From the NCBI GenBank assembly GCA_000165425.1, contig CT868663.1, forward strand, positions 62,001-126,000: a stretch of DNA of 64,000 bases, given 5' to 3'. How positions within the stretch are numbered: the first letter of the stretch is position 1; the number at the start of each line of letters is the position of its first letter. Positions 13,823-26,929 of the stretch are shown here, piece after piece. This DNA is from Paramecium tetraurelia (taxonomy: Eukaryota). The position numbers and the translations under genes were made by a program. The notes below the pieces were generated by a model. It did not search any database. It saw nothing but the letters and a program-made list of their open reading frames with translations, and was not told the origin of the DNA.

Positions 13823-14583
13823 TTTGTTTATACTTAATCGATTTATGTCACCAATTACACAATTTTAAATAAGCAGCAATATTGGAAATATCTAACAATT
13901 GCATTTTTATTTTTCAATAATCTCTCAATTTTTTTCAGATTTAAGAGATAAATAATCATTTTTTAAATATTTATCAATTATTATATTTTTTGTTGTATTT
14001 CTATCTTAGTTTAAAATGCCATATATATCTCAACAATTCAAATTAAATAATTTCATTATCATTCTGGTATATTAAAAATTAATTATAATTACTTATCATT
14101 CAATTAAAAAATAGAATAAAATTCTTCTAATCAATTAAAAAATGGATTAAAATGCTTCAATTAAAGCATTTCTTTATCAAATATTCTTAAAATATTGATA
14201 TTAACATTTATATTGAAGATATATTAGACATGAACGGGGCAAATTAAAATCTCTTCTATTAAACTATCAATGTGATTATTTTCGACAACAATATTATGAA
14301 AAAAAGCAAAAATTGAAAGTAATTTCCAACAAAATTAAAAGCAATAGGATATCAGGACAAAAAATATCTTTTGATAAATACCTCTGAAAATTGCATTATA
14401 GAGGTGTTGAATGATTATATCAATCAATATTTCCCAAAAAAAATAAGTATCCACTTACTATTGATAGAAAATTTGACTTAAATAGGAAAAGGAATAAGTA
14501 TACTAAAATGCTCAGTATTAATCCCTTATTTCCATAGTTTTTAAACTAATTCTCGAGAGTAAAATTTCATAAATTTAGAAATT

Positions 14584-14882
14584 ATGGGAATTTGCCATTC
14601 GAGTAAAAAAATTCAAAGCGCGATGAATACTAATCCTATTTCGTAATATTCCTCAAATCCTTCAATTCTGTAAAAAATAACCAACCAAAAACAAAGTAAC
14701 TATAATCCTCATGTTAATTTAATGGTCCCTTCTGAACCACAAAATTACGATCCTAAAAGTAATTATATATATTTATTCAAGATCCTCATCGATAATTCAA
14801 TGTACTTATAAACGGAGTCAGATTTGAAATTATCAACTCAATTGAGTCTTGTATTATATCAAACGATGGCATCGAAGAATGA
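14584..14882 (+). CDS. 91-aa predicted N-acylated microprotein (copy A)
   Basis: MGICHSSKK...YDPK|NPHRQFNVLINGVRFEIINSIE; 23-nt intron 14759-14781; paralog at 16155. Confidence 0.75.
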
Positions 14883-16154
14883 TTATATATCTAATATTGT
14901 AGTAATTTTTGTGAATATATGACTAATAACATTTAATTCGAATGTATTACTACGATTTTCTAGAAGAACTATTGTAGAAATATTATACAAATATAAAGAT
15001 AAGAATATTGTTCATAATAAATTCTTCAGTAGAAATAATAAAAAATGGAAGAACCTAAGGATGTGTGAACACCTTTTCACGAAAATTTAGAAGGAGACAA
15101 ATTTTCAGAATTGTCAAGTTTAAATAGTTAAATTATATTCTCTTTTGTTTTTATTAATTTAAATTATTTGAATAAATCTATTCAGAGATCACCAATACAT
15201 CTATTTATCTATAGAAATTTTCTAATCAAGCCTACACCCATATATTATTATAACATTAATATTGTCTAAAATATTACTATAGTACTTACCTAAGTCGAAA
15301 ATTAAATATTTAAATTTTCTAGTTGATAAGAATAGGCCTATGCTTATGCTTATCTCTTCTCATAGTAATATAGATAAACTATGTGTATTTAGAAGAGTAA
15401 TGGTTTTCTAACTCATTTATCTATAATTTTATGTTCTATTTTAAATCAATCTAATCTATTAAACTAATTTGTACGTCTCATCTCAATATACTTTTTAAGT
15501 TCATATGTTGCTAAGATGAATTAAAGTTTTTATTTCTCAATTTAAAAATCATCTTTTAACTTGCTATTCATTTCTATTTAGATTTTATTAGTGGCTGATT
15601 AATAAATTTATTATTTGTATCTATTATTATTGTATTCAAATTTAATCTAACACAGTCAAAATACTTAAGGAAAGAAAGTATTTCTCAAATAAAAATCAAC
15701 AATTTGTATTATATGGAACTTCATTTAGGCTTTGAAGAATCAAAATAATCAATATTATTGGAACTTGTTCTATTAATACTAAATCCATAATTCTTGATAA
15801 TTTATTATGGGGGTTCATGGCTTGTTTACTATGATGCCTTCTTAACTTGTTAATATATTATGTAATATGAAAAATAATAATGACATCTTAAGCGCATATA
15901 AAGAGAATTGTTGATTTCTTAGAAAGAGATTGTTTATTTTTAAACAATTGTAATATGGGTATTTAACTAAAAAAATTTGGCTTTAGACATATAATTGTTC
16001 ATCATACCATTTTATACACGTTTTAAATGTGCAATTTAATTTCTTAATTATTTTGAAAAATTAGCTGGCATTACCCGAAAAATTGCATAAATGAATAAAT
16101 ATTATCAATATTAGTATCCATAAAATTAATACATAAATAAATTAATTTTAAAAA

Positions 16155-16450
16155 ATGGGAGTTTGTGTTTCAAAGTAAAAGAAAAATAAATCCTGTAATT
16201 ATGCTACATCGTCTTAATCAAAAGTCTAAGATTTTATGATAACTTAAGATAAACAAACTATTCTATTATATCGCTCAACTAAATTTTAAGCACAACTATA
16301 ACCAAAAGAATATGATTATACAAGTTATTATTATATAAATCATTAGATTCACATCGATAATATAATGTAATTCTAAATGGAGCTGTTTTTGCAATAGTCA
16401 ATTCTATAGAGAGATCATTTAATGATGAACCAATCAATAACGACAATTGA
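16155..16450 (+). CDS. 90-aa predicted N-acylated microprotein (copy B)
   Basis: MGVCVSKQKK...YDYT|NSHRQYNVILNGAVFAIVNSIE; 23-nt intron 16324-16346 at the same position and phase as copy A. Confidence 0.75.
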
Positions 16451-17334
16451 TACATTTATTTTAAACAAGAAGAATATTCTATCATTATAGTGATGCTTTC
16501 TGTATTTTTCTAATTCTCTACTCTTTATATCTGAATATTCTAATATTATTAAGATTAGTACTAATGAAAATAAATAAATTTGAGGAATACTAGATGTTTT
16601 TTAGATAACCTTTATTTTGAAATACCAATAAAATATCTTGCATATCTCATAGAGATTATGCCTTCTTCATATTTTATTTGATTAAATTAAGCTTAACCTT
16701 TGTAATTTTTAAATTTTGTGCTTCTTATTAGCTTTTTCTCTTTAATAGAAAATTATGGATTATCCGAATAAATCAACATTTATGTTTTTCAAAAAAAAGA
16801 ACATATTTTTTTGATTAGATATATCCCATTTGAATTGGAAGAACTCTAATTAATTGAAATGACAGAATGGTATTCTATTTAAAATAAATTCAAATATTTA
16901 CAATTTCTATTAATATTAGAAATGATCTTTAGACTAGTAGAATGCTTAAATAGCATGCCACACTATAGCAAAATAATATTTTTTTCATAATTTTTTCATT
17001 CATTCTATATGATGAGAGCTAGGTGATTAAATTAAGAATATAAATACTTAAATTCAAGCGATATTTGTAATTAATTAATTAAGATTCATAATTGATTAAT
17101 CAATCTTCCATTAAGTCCATCTATTCAAAAAGAAAGACAGGTTAGATAATTTACATTATTCTTATCCAAATGTATAATTGATTATTTGATTAACTTTTTA
17201 AATTAGTATATTCTTCATTCTCCTCTTTCGTTTTAGATTTTAAAGATATTGAAAAAGAATTATGAATAATATGCCAATTTCAAGCAAATTAATTTTGTGA
17301 TTTTGTATTTATTAAATATCATTAGAAAATTAAA

Positions 17335-18409
17335 ATGCTGGACGAAATTTCTAGTTCAAAGAGTTGTTGGGAGCAGGATCTCGGGCCTGAAAATTAATCT
17401 CATTTCTTAGAAAAGTACTTTTATGACTTAATTACCGATAATTGTGATCAAATATTAACAAACACCCTATACAGAACCTTAATTGAGTAGAAATCAGATA
17501 AGAAAACTTTAGAAACAATATTAACTAGATACATATAGGAATAAATTGATTTGCAACAACGCTAAAAGATTCATTCCAAATACTTTTTTGCAAAATCAGT
17601 TGTTTCTCTGAAAAAATTAATCTAATAATTTAGACAATTATTAGTTCCAGAAGAAAATATCAATAATACTAGCAGCACTTTAAGTTAATCAATTTTGAAG
17701 ATAAACAAAAGTGGATTTTTCCAGAATTCAGAATTTATAGAATTATATGAAAACGAATATTTCAAAGAAATTGGCGAACTTAATAAAGGAGAATTAATTT
17801 ATATAGATGTAAAGTTTCGTATTACAAACTCATAATTAAAAGAAGAACTGTATAAAATAAGATCCCACATATTGAAATAATTACTATATCAAACGAGCAC
17901 TGATGAAAAGTATCAATATATTGTAATTTAGTTTCTTTTAAACATTTAATGATTATTATTAGTTAAAAACAATTACAGTTCTACTGTTTGTTAATGGAGA
18001 TATTAATTTTGATTACGAAAAATATTTCGATTTAAAGGAATTACTTGTAGGATAGAAAAAATTTTTAATCAAATTGAAAGTATTATTTATTATCTATTTA
18101 AAGGTGTGTTATATTTCGGCTAACAGACTCTCTTCCAATTTTTGCATATCAAACAACATTACCAGCCAAACAATCACATAATAAAATATGGCATTCTATG
18201 AATTGAAAAGATACGGACAAGTCAAAGTCATTATTAATAAAACTATTTGTGAATTAAGGAAAATGAAGTAGAAAGCAAATTACAGCATATTTAAGGATTA
18301 TAAATTTTACATTTTAGCAATTGGAAGTGTGGCAGCTATTGGTTTTTTGTGGAAGGGTTTTTCTAATTAAGAGAATTAAGCAAAGAAATTATTGAGATAA
18401 TAATAATGA
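17335..18409 (+). CDS. Hypothetical protein with C-terminal transmembrane anchor
   Basis: MLDEISSSKSCWEQ...; intron 17910-17931 and a possible 24-nt intron 18080-18103; tail FYILAIGSVAAIGFLWKG. Confidence 0.75.
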
Positions 18410-18456
18410 GTATACTGTTATTAATTTATAAATTTATTTATTTAACTGCTAATAGA

Positions 18457-19244
18457 ATGAACTAACCAAATCATGTAATTTCAGAGAATCTCGTGATTTC
18501 ATAACCGCTTTATGACAACGATTTAGCTGCCTAATCTATTTATGATAAATACCTGAAGGACTGTTCTTTGATGCCAATTCGATTAATAGAAGAATCAAAG
18601 GAAACATAAGAAAGGCCATTTGCAGGAACAAGGCAAAGTAGTTAACAACAATAGAATTAAAGAAATGAGCAAATCATTTAAGAAATTAGTTCTTAAGAAA
18701 GAGAATAAAGAAACCGAAATCAATAATAAATATAGTAAGCCAATTATTAGTAGGATCAATAATATTAAAATAATCAAATGAGACATCCTCAATAAAATGT
18801 CTATTATCATCAGAGACAATTTAATTAATTCTAAAATTATCATTACGATTAGCATCAATACCATTAGCATAGAAGGAACCAATAAAATTATAGAATGGAA
18901 TAAGAATATTATGGCCATTAAATGAGGAGATAAGAATAAGGAAGAAGAAGGCAGCAGTAACAACCAAAATATGGATTGGATTAAAACGAGATAGCAGCTT
19001 TGAGTGAGATTGTGTATAGGTAGAGCAGGGCTTCATGTTGGGATGATGAAAACAAGAGATGTAGTATTTGCATTTCAAACTTTGAGGAGAATGAAAAGAT
19101 CAGATTTTTGCCCTGTTTACATAGGTATTAATATTAATTGATTATTGATTTCATTCAGGTTGCGTTGATTCCTGGTTGGCATCCAAAGGATCATGCCCAT
19201 TATGTAAAAAGTATGTCCGATCCTTAGTTTAATAATTTTCATGA
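18457..19244 (+). CDS. Q-rich RING-H2 E3 ubiquitin ligase (needs a non-canonical intron)
   Basis: CSICISNFEENEKIRFLPCLHR...FHSGCVDSWLASKGSCPLCK; the two halves join only if 19125-19147 (GT..TG) is removed. Confidence 0.8.
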
Positions 19245-19332
19245 GACACACACTATATATATTATAATTACTTCAATATAATTTAATTATTAGGATTAAT
19301 AATTATTGATAAAGAAAATACAAATTGGAAAA

Positions 19333-20076
19333 TCATTTATTTTAATTCTCAGGGAAAAATTTCGTTTTTTAAGAAACAAATTTTCTTTTAACTTTTACAG
19401 GAGGTGGTATTTCATCTTCTTCTTTTATTACTTCTGTTGCTATTCTTCCATTTTGTAGATTAATTACCTTAACACGCTTTTAAAATTCAACTTTTCTTTA
19501 AGTATTTAAGTCATCCTATTATGAATTCTCTGAATCATGTAAAAATGGAGTTTCTAGATTAGTTTAACTTTAAGTTTGATTCTTGCCTCTCCTGGTGAAT
19601 CTATTTTAAATTATTCTTTAGGACTGGGTCTCCTGATTTGGGAAACTCAATTGATCCTCTATCATTTTGATAAACATATGTGATTCTTTTCTTTATTTAT
19701 GAAGACCAGGCAAAATAATGTGAGAATCACCAAGAGAATTTTACTGAGAAAAAATATTCTACAATTAGACTTTAAGTTGATTGTGTTTTGATTCAGGCAT
19801 CAGTGTTAATGGTTTATTTATGAGTTATGATGAGTTTTATTAGATTTTAGGGAAACGAATGGTGACTTCTTAAATTCTGTCGGTTTATGCACCTTATTGG
19901 TATATTTCTTGTGCTTTAAGAGGGGCAAAGAATTAGCTTTCAGTTTCCTTAAGTTGTTCTAGATTATTAAGAAATTGAGCAGGTTTTAAAGACCTTAAAA
20001 TTTAAGGATTAGGTTAATGTGGATATTCAACTTTTAAATCAGGCTAGGATGCTATTTTATGATGTAAAGTTAGCAT
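19333..20076 (-). CDS. Hypothetical protein (247 aa)
   Basis: Intronless frame MLTLHHKIASQPDLKV...KFFPENQNK*. Confidence 0.75.
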
Positions 20077-20887
20077 TAATATTAATTTATGTCAGAAAAA
20101 ACTTGAAATTTATAAACTTATCACATTATAAGAGTATTTGGATAATTATTTGATTTATAATTTGTAATACTTAAGTTTTATTTGCTGATCTTAATTTCAA
20201 TAATGTAATAGGTGTTTAATATCATTTCATTCATCAAATTTAAGGAAGAGAAAATATGGGTAATTATTATAAGATAATAATGATTAAAATTAGTGATAAA
20301 AAATACTGTTATTATTTTAATATTGAAGTATTTTTGATATATATTTTATGGAAATAACCCCAATTTGTCGAAGAGAAGTCCATTTACAAAATTTATAATA
20401 TTCATGAATTTAGTTCAATGATGTAATTGTTCACTATTCCTTAATATTTGTGTATAGTTTATTTATATTTATTAAAGTCATCTCCTTTTTAATAATACTG
20501 GTCATAATTCCAATTTATTCATTATATATAAGGTTAGATTGACTTGCAGATTTCTTAGTTTTTATAGCAAGTTCTTAAGCTAATTTTCATTCATCCCTTC
20601 TTTTTCTACCTATATATTATTTGATTTATTTGTTGTAAGGCATAATATTCCATTTATTAAGCATATATTTCAAATATTTGGATGATTTTGTCATTTCAAA
20701 AACAAATCTGAACAGTATTGATATATAATAAATAATATCTAAATTCATGATCTTAAGCTCAAATCCAAAAGTATTTTGTTATTTTCTTCTGGTTTTGCAT
20801 TTGATATGACGATGAAATGATTTAAATATTTATCTTTAGTCCTTTTCGCTTTGATTAAAAATAAAATATAAAGTATAATAAAATCAA

Positions 20888-21185
20888 ATGGATTAAAAGC
20901 CAGAAAGAGTGTTTGAAATAAAGAAATGGAATGCTGTTGCTTTGTGGAGTTGGGATATAAAAGTTGACAATTGCGCCATATGCAAAAATCATATAATGGA
21001 AAAATGTATTGAATGCGATGCATAGGAGGGATAAGGAGAATGCATTGTAGCTTGGGGAACATGTAATCATGTATCAAAGAATTTTATTTTAGGCATATCA
21101 TTTTCATTGTATTGAGAGATGGTTAAAGAATAGGTAGACTTGCCCATTGGATAATCGAAATTGGGAATATTAAAAATATGGATGA
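20888..21185 (+). CDS. RBX1: RING-box protein 1 (cullin-RING ligase subunit)
   Basis: [57 protein letters not shown]; intron 21071-21092. Confidence 0.97.
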
Positions 21186-21212
21186 GTGTGTTATTTTATA
21201 TAATTAAATATA

Positions 21213-23308
21213 ATGGATAGTAATTGTTATTAGTAAATTGAGATTTTCATTTCTGGAAGATAATTGAAAGACTTGGATTATTTTAGTAAGTCGGATCCTT
21301 TTGTAATAGTGTACATCAAAACAAATAATTAATGGATTAAGATAGGAAATACGGAAACTATTCAAAACAATTTAAATCCAAACTTTAAGAAAACCTTCCA
21401 ACTTGATTATGTGTTCGAGACAGTTTAACCAATTAGATTCGAGGTGAGAGATGATGATGGCAGCAACTCAGAGTTGATTGGTTAAGTAGAAACAACAATA
21501 GGTACTTTATTTGGAGCAAGGAATTAGACATCGATTTTAGAACTTGGATAAAGAGGTGGCAAATTGATTATTAGATGTGATAAAATATAAGAGGGAAATG
21601 AATTTATGATAATGAAATGGAGTGGAATCAAATTAATGAATACAGATGGGTGGTTTGATAAATCTGATCCCTTTCTCAGGTTTTATAGATAAAGGGAAGA
21701 TTCTACATATATTCAAACTTACGAGAGTGAAGTTGTCATGGATAATTTGAATCCTCTTTGGAAAACCTTTGAGATACAAGGCGTTAAATTAGCTATTTCA
21801 AATGATAAAAAGATTAAAATTGAATGTTGGGATTGGGAAAAAAGTGGAAAACATCAATTTATAGGAGAATTATTGACAACAATCCCAGAATTATAACAGA
21901 CAAGAGAATATTAATTAACAAATCCCAAGCACAAGAATCCAGGAAAATTGAGATTAGAATAATTTAGTACATACATTAGACCAAGTTTTTAAGATTATGT
22001 ATAATCATTTATATATCCTTAAGATACGAGGAGGCTTGTAATTAAACTTAATGACTGCAATCGATTTTACTGGTTCTAATGGAGCACCTCATCAACCAGG
22101 GAGCTTGCATTTTCGATCTCCAAATGGCTTAAATCAATATCAACTTGCCATTAATGCAGTGGGAGAGATTCTTCTTGCTTATGATTATGATAAGATGGTA
22201 CCTTGTTTCGGTTTTGGCGCCAATTTGAATTATCCAACTATGAGATCAACCCAAGTCTCTCATTGCTTTCCCTTATCTGGAGATCCTAATTAACTTAATG
22301 CCTTTGAATTATAAGGAATTGCAAATCTTTACAATTATGCACTCGCAAATGTCACTTTTTCAGGTCCCACATACTTTGGACCAATCATATCAGAGGCACT
22401 CAGATAAATATACGCTCAACAATAAACTGAACAAAACGTAATTTATATTTAAATGTTTAGATATACACAATATTATTGATTTTAACAGATGGTATCATTC
22501 ATGATATGGAATAAACCAAATAATTGATTGTCAACAGTGCCAGATTACCATTGTCCATTATTATCATTGGAGTTGGCAATGAAAACTTTTCAATGATGGA
22601 AGAATTAGATGGAGATCAAGGTAAACTCAATCCATTATTTTTTTAGGTCTATTTTCGGGTAACAGAAGGGCTGAGAGAGATCTGGTTTAATTTGTTCCTT
22701 TTCGTAATTTTGGTGGAAATTAGGTTAATCTAGCAAGACATGTCTTAGCTGAAATCCCAGAATAAATAGTCAAATATCATTAATTGATAGGCAAGAAGCC
22801 AAACGCACCTTTGATTGTAGATATCAACTAATTGGGCATGACTATGGCAAATTAACAAATGAGATAACAAGAATCTCAACAACAATATGTACCTCCTAAT
22901 ATTTAACCATAAATTTAATAACCCAATATATAACCCAACATGCAACCACCATTTTAACCACCTCCCTACTAATAACAAATGTAATCACAAATTCCAGGTT
23001 ACTCTTCATAATTCTAGTAATAAAATTAACCATATCCACCACCTACATAATAAGGATATCCATATTAATAACCAATAAATTAATCTTATCAATAAGGTAG
23101 AGCTTCTGAATAAATCAATCCATCTAACTTCATGTAATAATAATATGGACAGCCTAACTTAAATAACAGGTAAAGTTGCAACCTATAGTAAGCACCTTAC
23201 TAATAATAGCCACAAGGTTAAATGCAGAATAGTTAAATACCAAATCATTAATATCCTCCTATAAGTCAATCTTAAGCTTATGGTTAAATTAAAAACCCTA
23301 TGGAATGA
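21213..23308 (+). CDS. Copine (C2A-C2B-vWA) with Q/P-rich tail
   Basis: [53 protein letters not shown]; introns 21999-22023, 22438-22460, 22621-22646. Confidence 0.96.
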
Positions 23309-23393
23309 AATAATTTCATTTAAAAATATAGTTCAATATTATAATCATCAATGTTAGAAACCCAGGTGTCTAGTTTTATCTTAAAGCTGAAAC

Positions 23394-23738
23394 TCATGTT
23401 GTTTGCAGTTTTCTTAATTTTAAGTTTGTTTCTATAATTATTTCATAAGAATTTAATTTTCTCAATATGGTTTTATTGATGACTAACCTATTTAAATTGG
23501 AGAGCATAATTCTAATTTATAGAGTATCAAATCTTTATATTTTATATATCCATTATGTATCTATAATGAAAATCTATCTAATAATTTCATAACTTCTATA
23601 TAAAGGTCTTAAGATTGTATTGTTATTCCTTACATTTCTTTAGAATGTTTTTAATAGTTCTAATTATATTATATAAGATTTCTTACTTTTCTATTTAATT
23701 ATTACTTTAATATTTTAGGGGGACATTTTCTAAGGCAT
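23394..23738 (-). CDS. Possible small or decayed ORF (114 aa)
   Basis: ATG-to-TGA frame MPQKMSPQNIKVII... filling an unusually long intergenic gap; no domain recognised. Confidence 0.2.
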
Positions 23739-23854
23739 TCGTATCAAACAATGGTTTTACTAAATTGAATCATCTACTCTAAATTATTTTGTAATTATTT
23801 AATTTGCAATAATTTATCCCAATGTCTTATATTTAATTTCAATAATTTAAATTA

Positions 23855-25406
23855 ATGGAATAGTAAGCTGCAGCAACTCAAGAGAAAACCCAAAATTAAA
23901 CACAAGCATCATCTGCTTAATAACCTTAGGCTCAAGCATAAAAACCAAAGACAGTCTTATCTGAAATCAAACTCCAAATTTTATTATTAGAAAAGGCAGT
24001 CAGTTCTAAAGACATCAAAGCAATTCAAAAAGTATCGATCTTTGTGAAAAAGTTCAGAAATGTAATACCCTTTATTTGATTTTTAGACTGTAAAGTCTCA
24101 TCATTTGGCCAAACTCTACACCGCATTCTTTCCCAATGTAGCAGCATAATAAGGAAATGATTTCGATGCCAATTTCAACGAAGATTTAGGTTTGAGTACT
24201 TAAGTGGTGTCCAAGTTAAGTAAAATAATTGAAGTGAATGTATTTATTCAATGCCTTTATCTCATTTGGCTGTTTTAATAAAAATAAGTTGAAGCATACG
24301 AATAGTTGAATGTTATTGGAAAATAATTATTATAATAAGTTCAATAAAATAACAAAAGATATTTAGATACTCTATTAGGAGTCATCTATGAATATTTATC
24401 AAAATCACATGAGAAATTAGGCAAACTAGATTAAATCAGAGAGTAATGATATGTCAATATATTATAGTGTCCTATTTGAAGGCTATAGAAATGCTTGCTA
24501 AAATAGAGATGAAAATGGTTAAGCCATTTTAATAAACTTAATTTTGAGAAACTTTATTCATTACAATTAGTATGAATAGAGTTATAATTTCTTAAAAAAG
24601 ACTGAATTCCCTGAACATGCTTTCGGAAATCAGCAGGCAAGATTCTTATACTATACTGGACTCATCCATGCGATAAGAGGTGAATACTAAGAAGCCTATA
24701 AGAATCTTACATAAGCAAGTCATAAGGCTCCAGATAATACAGCCTTTGGATTCAAAGTCTAAGCCATCAAAGTGATTGCTTTAGTCGAATTGTTACTAGG
24801 TAACGTTCCAAATAGAGATACTTTCACCTCCCCTGAATATCAATAGGCTCTGTATCCTTACTATAGGATTGTTTCAACTGTTATCAAAGGTAATTTGGGG
24901 GAATTCCAACAAGAAGTGGCAAGATCAGAAAATATATTGAGAAGAGACAAACTATTTAATTTAATCTAAAGGTATTGAATCATTTAACTTTAGATTGCCA
25001 TAAATAGTCATTAAGGCTGGTCTAAGAAGGATTAACTTATCCTATTCTAGAATTTCCTTGAATGATATTCATGAAAAATTAAATCTTCCAAGATAATGCA
25101 ATGCAGAATAAGTTGTTGCCAAAGCTATAAGAGATGGCACTTTAGCAGCAGTCATCGATCACGAGAATTAAATAGTTATAACCAAAGAAACCAATGATCT
25201 TTACGGAACCAAGGCTCCTTAAGAAGCTTATGGAGAGAGAATCAATAATTGCTTAGGACTCTACAATTAGGCTGTTAAAGTAATGAATTTTTTAATCTAA
25301 TTAGGCTTTATAATATTAAAATCCAGAATATGATTATGGAGAAAAGTAGGCTGATGATGAATTAACAACTGATGAATTATTAAGTTTAGCTGAGCTTGAC
25401 TTTTGA
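23855..25406 (+). CDS. PSMD3: 26S proteasome regulatory subunit RPN3 (PCI domain)
   Basis: FPEHAFGNQQARFLYYTG, GLRRINLSYSRISL, VVAKAIRDG; four introns give a 484-aa frame. Confidence 0.95.
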
Positions 25407-25443
25407 GTAGCATAAAAATGTATAACCACCTAATAATTATATT

Positions 25444-26929
25444 TCATTTGGAAGTTTATTTATTTGTAAAATTGACACAGGGTTCTCTACATAGTTACAA
25501 TACCCATATGTTATTCTGCATCTCCACTCTTTCCACTAAGGTACTCCAGACTAATTTTAAGACTGGATCCTTTTGACACATTATTTCTTTGCCTTCATAT
25601 TGAATTATTGTAGTTCTTTCCCAAACTTCCACATAGACTTGACCCTATTGAAAGGTGGCTTCAAGTATTTCAAAGAGAAGTCTTTTCAATTGTATTGCTA
25701 TAGTCATAATATCCTCATTTTAAGGATTATAAAATGTTAATTTGTTGAATTTGTAAGCAAAGTAATCATTTAAATATAAGAAATTTTTGATATCAAATGA
25801 TTCTATTTTCAATTGCTATTTAAGAATTTTAGAATTCATAATTTATTTCATGCAACTATTTCTAATTGACCATAAATTATTTAATTGTCTTAGGTTCAAA
25901 GAGACATGTAAGTTCTTATAAATGCTTTTTATCAATTTCATCCTTAGATGTTCCTATTTTTTAAATGTTTTTTATAATAAAATTTTGCAATCCTCAACCT
26001 TTATTACAGAATCATCAAATTTTATAATAAATGTTGATGATAATGATTTCATCATTGAATAATGAATGTATTATTTAGCCTTTTTGTCTTTAACTATTTC
26101 GATTTTTTTCGAATGAAATTCACTTATATCCTCATTTTAATATAACTGATATAAAGTATTTTCTAGTGAATCTTGATTTAAATGCCAATCTCGCAAAAAC
26201 TCCTTTAATTGCTAAGTGTTATTGCACTCAAAGGGAATCTTGCTTTGGGATTTTAATACAAATTCTAACTTATCTTCATTGAATGTAAATATTAAGTAAG
26301 GATTGTCCACAATTTTTGGAAAAACACTTTCTAAAATAATCCGATATTATACCCCACATGTAATCATATTAGCTCAAAAGAAATCTAGCTCTAAACAGGA
26401 TATTAAATTTATAGGAAAAATAACACATAAAACACATCAGTATGATAGTTGTGCTATAAATGACGTAGGATTTATTGGTTTCCTACATCATTACATAAAT
26501 TATCCTGAAGAAAAACGTTGTAACTATTATAAGTACGGATTCTCTAAATTCTGAAATCAGTATTATAATTACTCCGCAAATTGTAAAATTACTTTACATT
26601 AGGGATAATGCTTAAGCATTAGTATCAGTCTTAATAATTAACTCATAGGCTATCAATAAGTAAGCAAGAAAAATTAGCTATATGTTAATTTTGTGCATTT
26701 TAAAAACCAAAAAAATAAACGACAGTATCGAAAATATTTGGCAAACAATCAATACTGGCATCACTCCTATATTATTTTCTTGGGCCACTAATATGAGTTT
26801 CAAAGTAGCTATTATAAATAAGCATGCTGAGCCAAATTTAAACACAGGTATACTGATAGTATGTACCCTTGATTGTTAATACTCATCCTCTATTTTTTAA
26901 GATTTAAACCTTAATGTGTATTTGTTCAT
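25444..26929 (-). CDS. Multi-pass membrane protein with degenerate histidine-kinase-like C-terminus
   Basis: MNKYTLRFKSQKIEDEYQ...SIPVF then TM helices; 22-nt intron 26331-26352; same layout as 1192-2661. Confidence 0.8.

Noticed and set aside
20420..20750. Minus-strand ~105-codon ORF (MNLDIIYYIS...)
   Set aside because: No domain or intron support, and the length is attainable by chance; at most a remnant.
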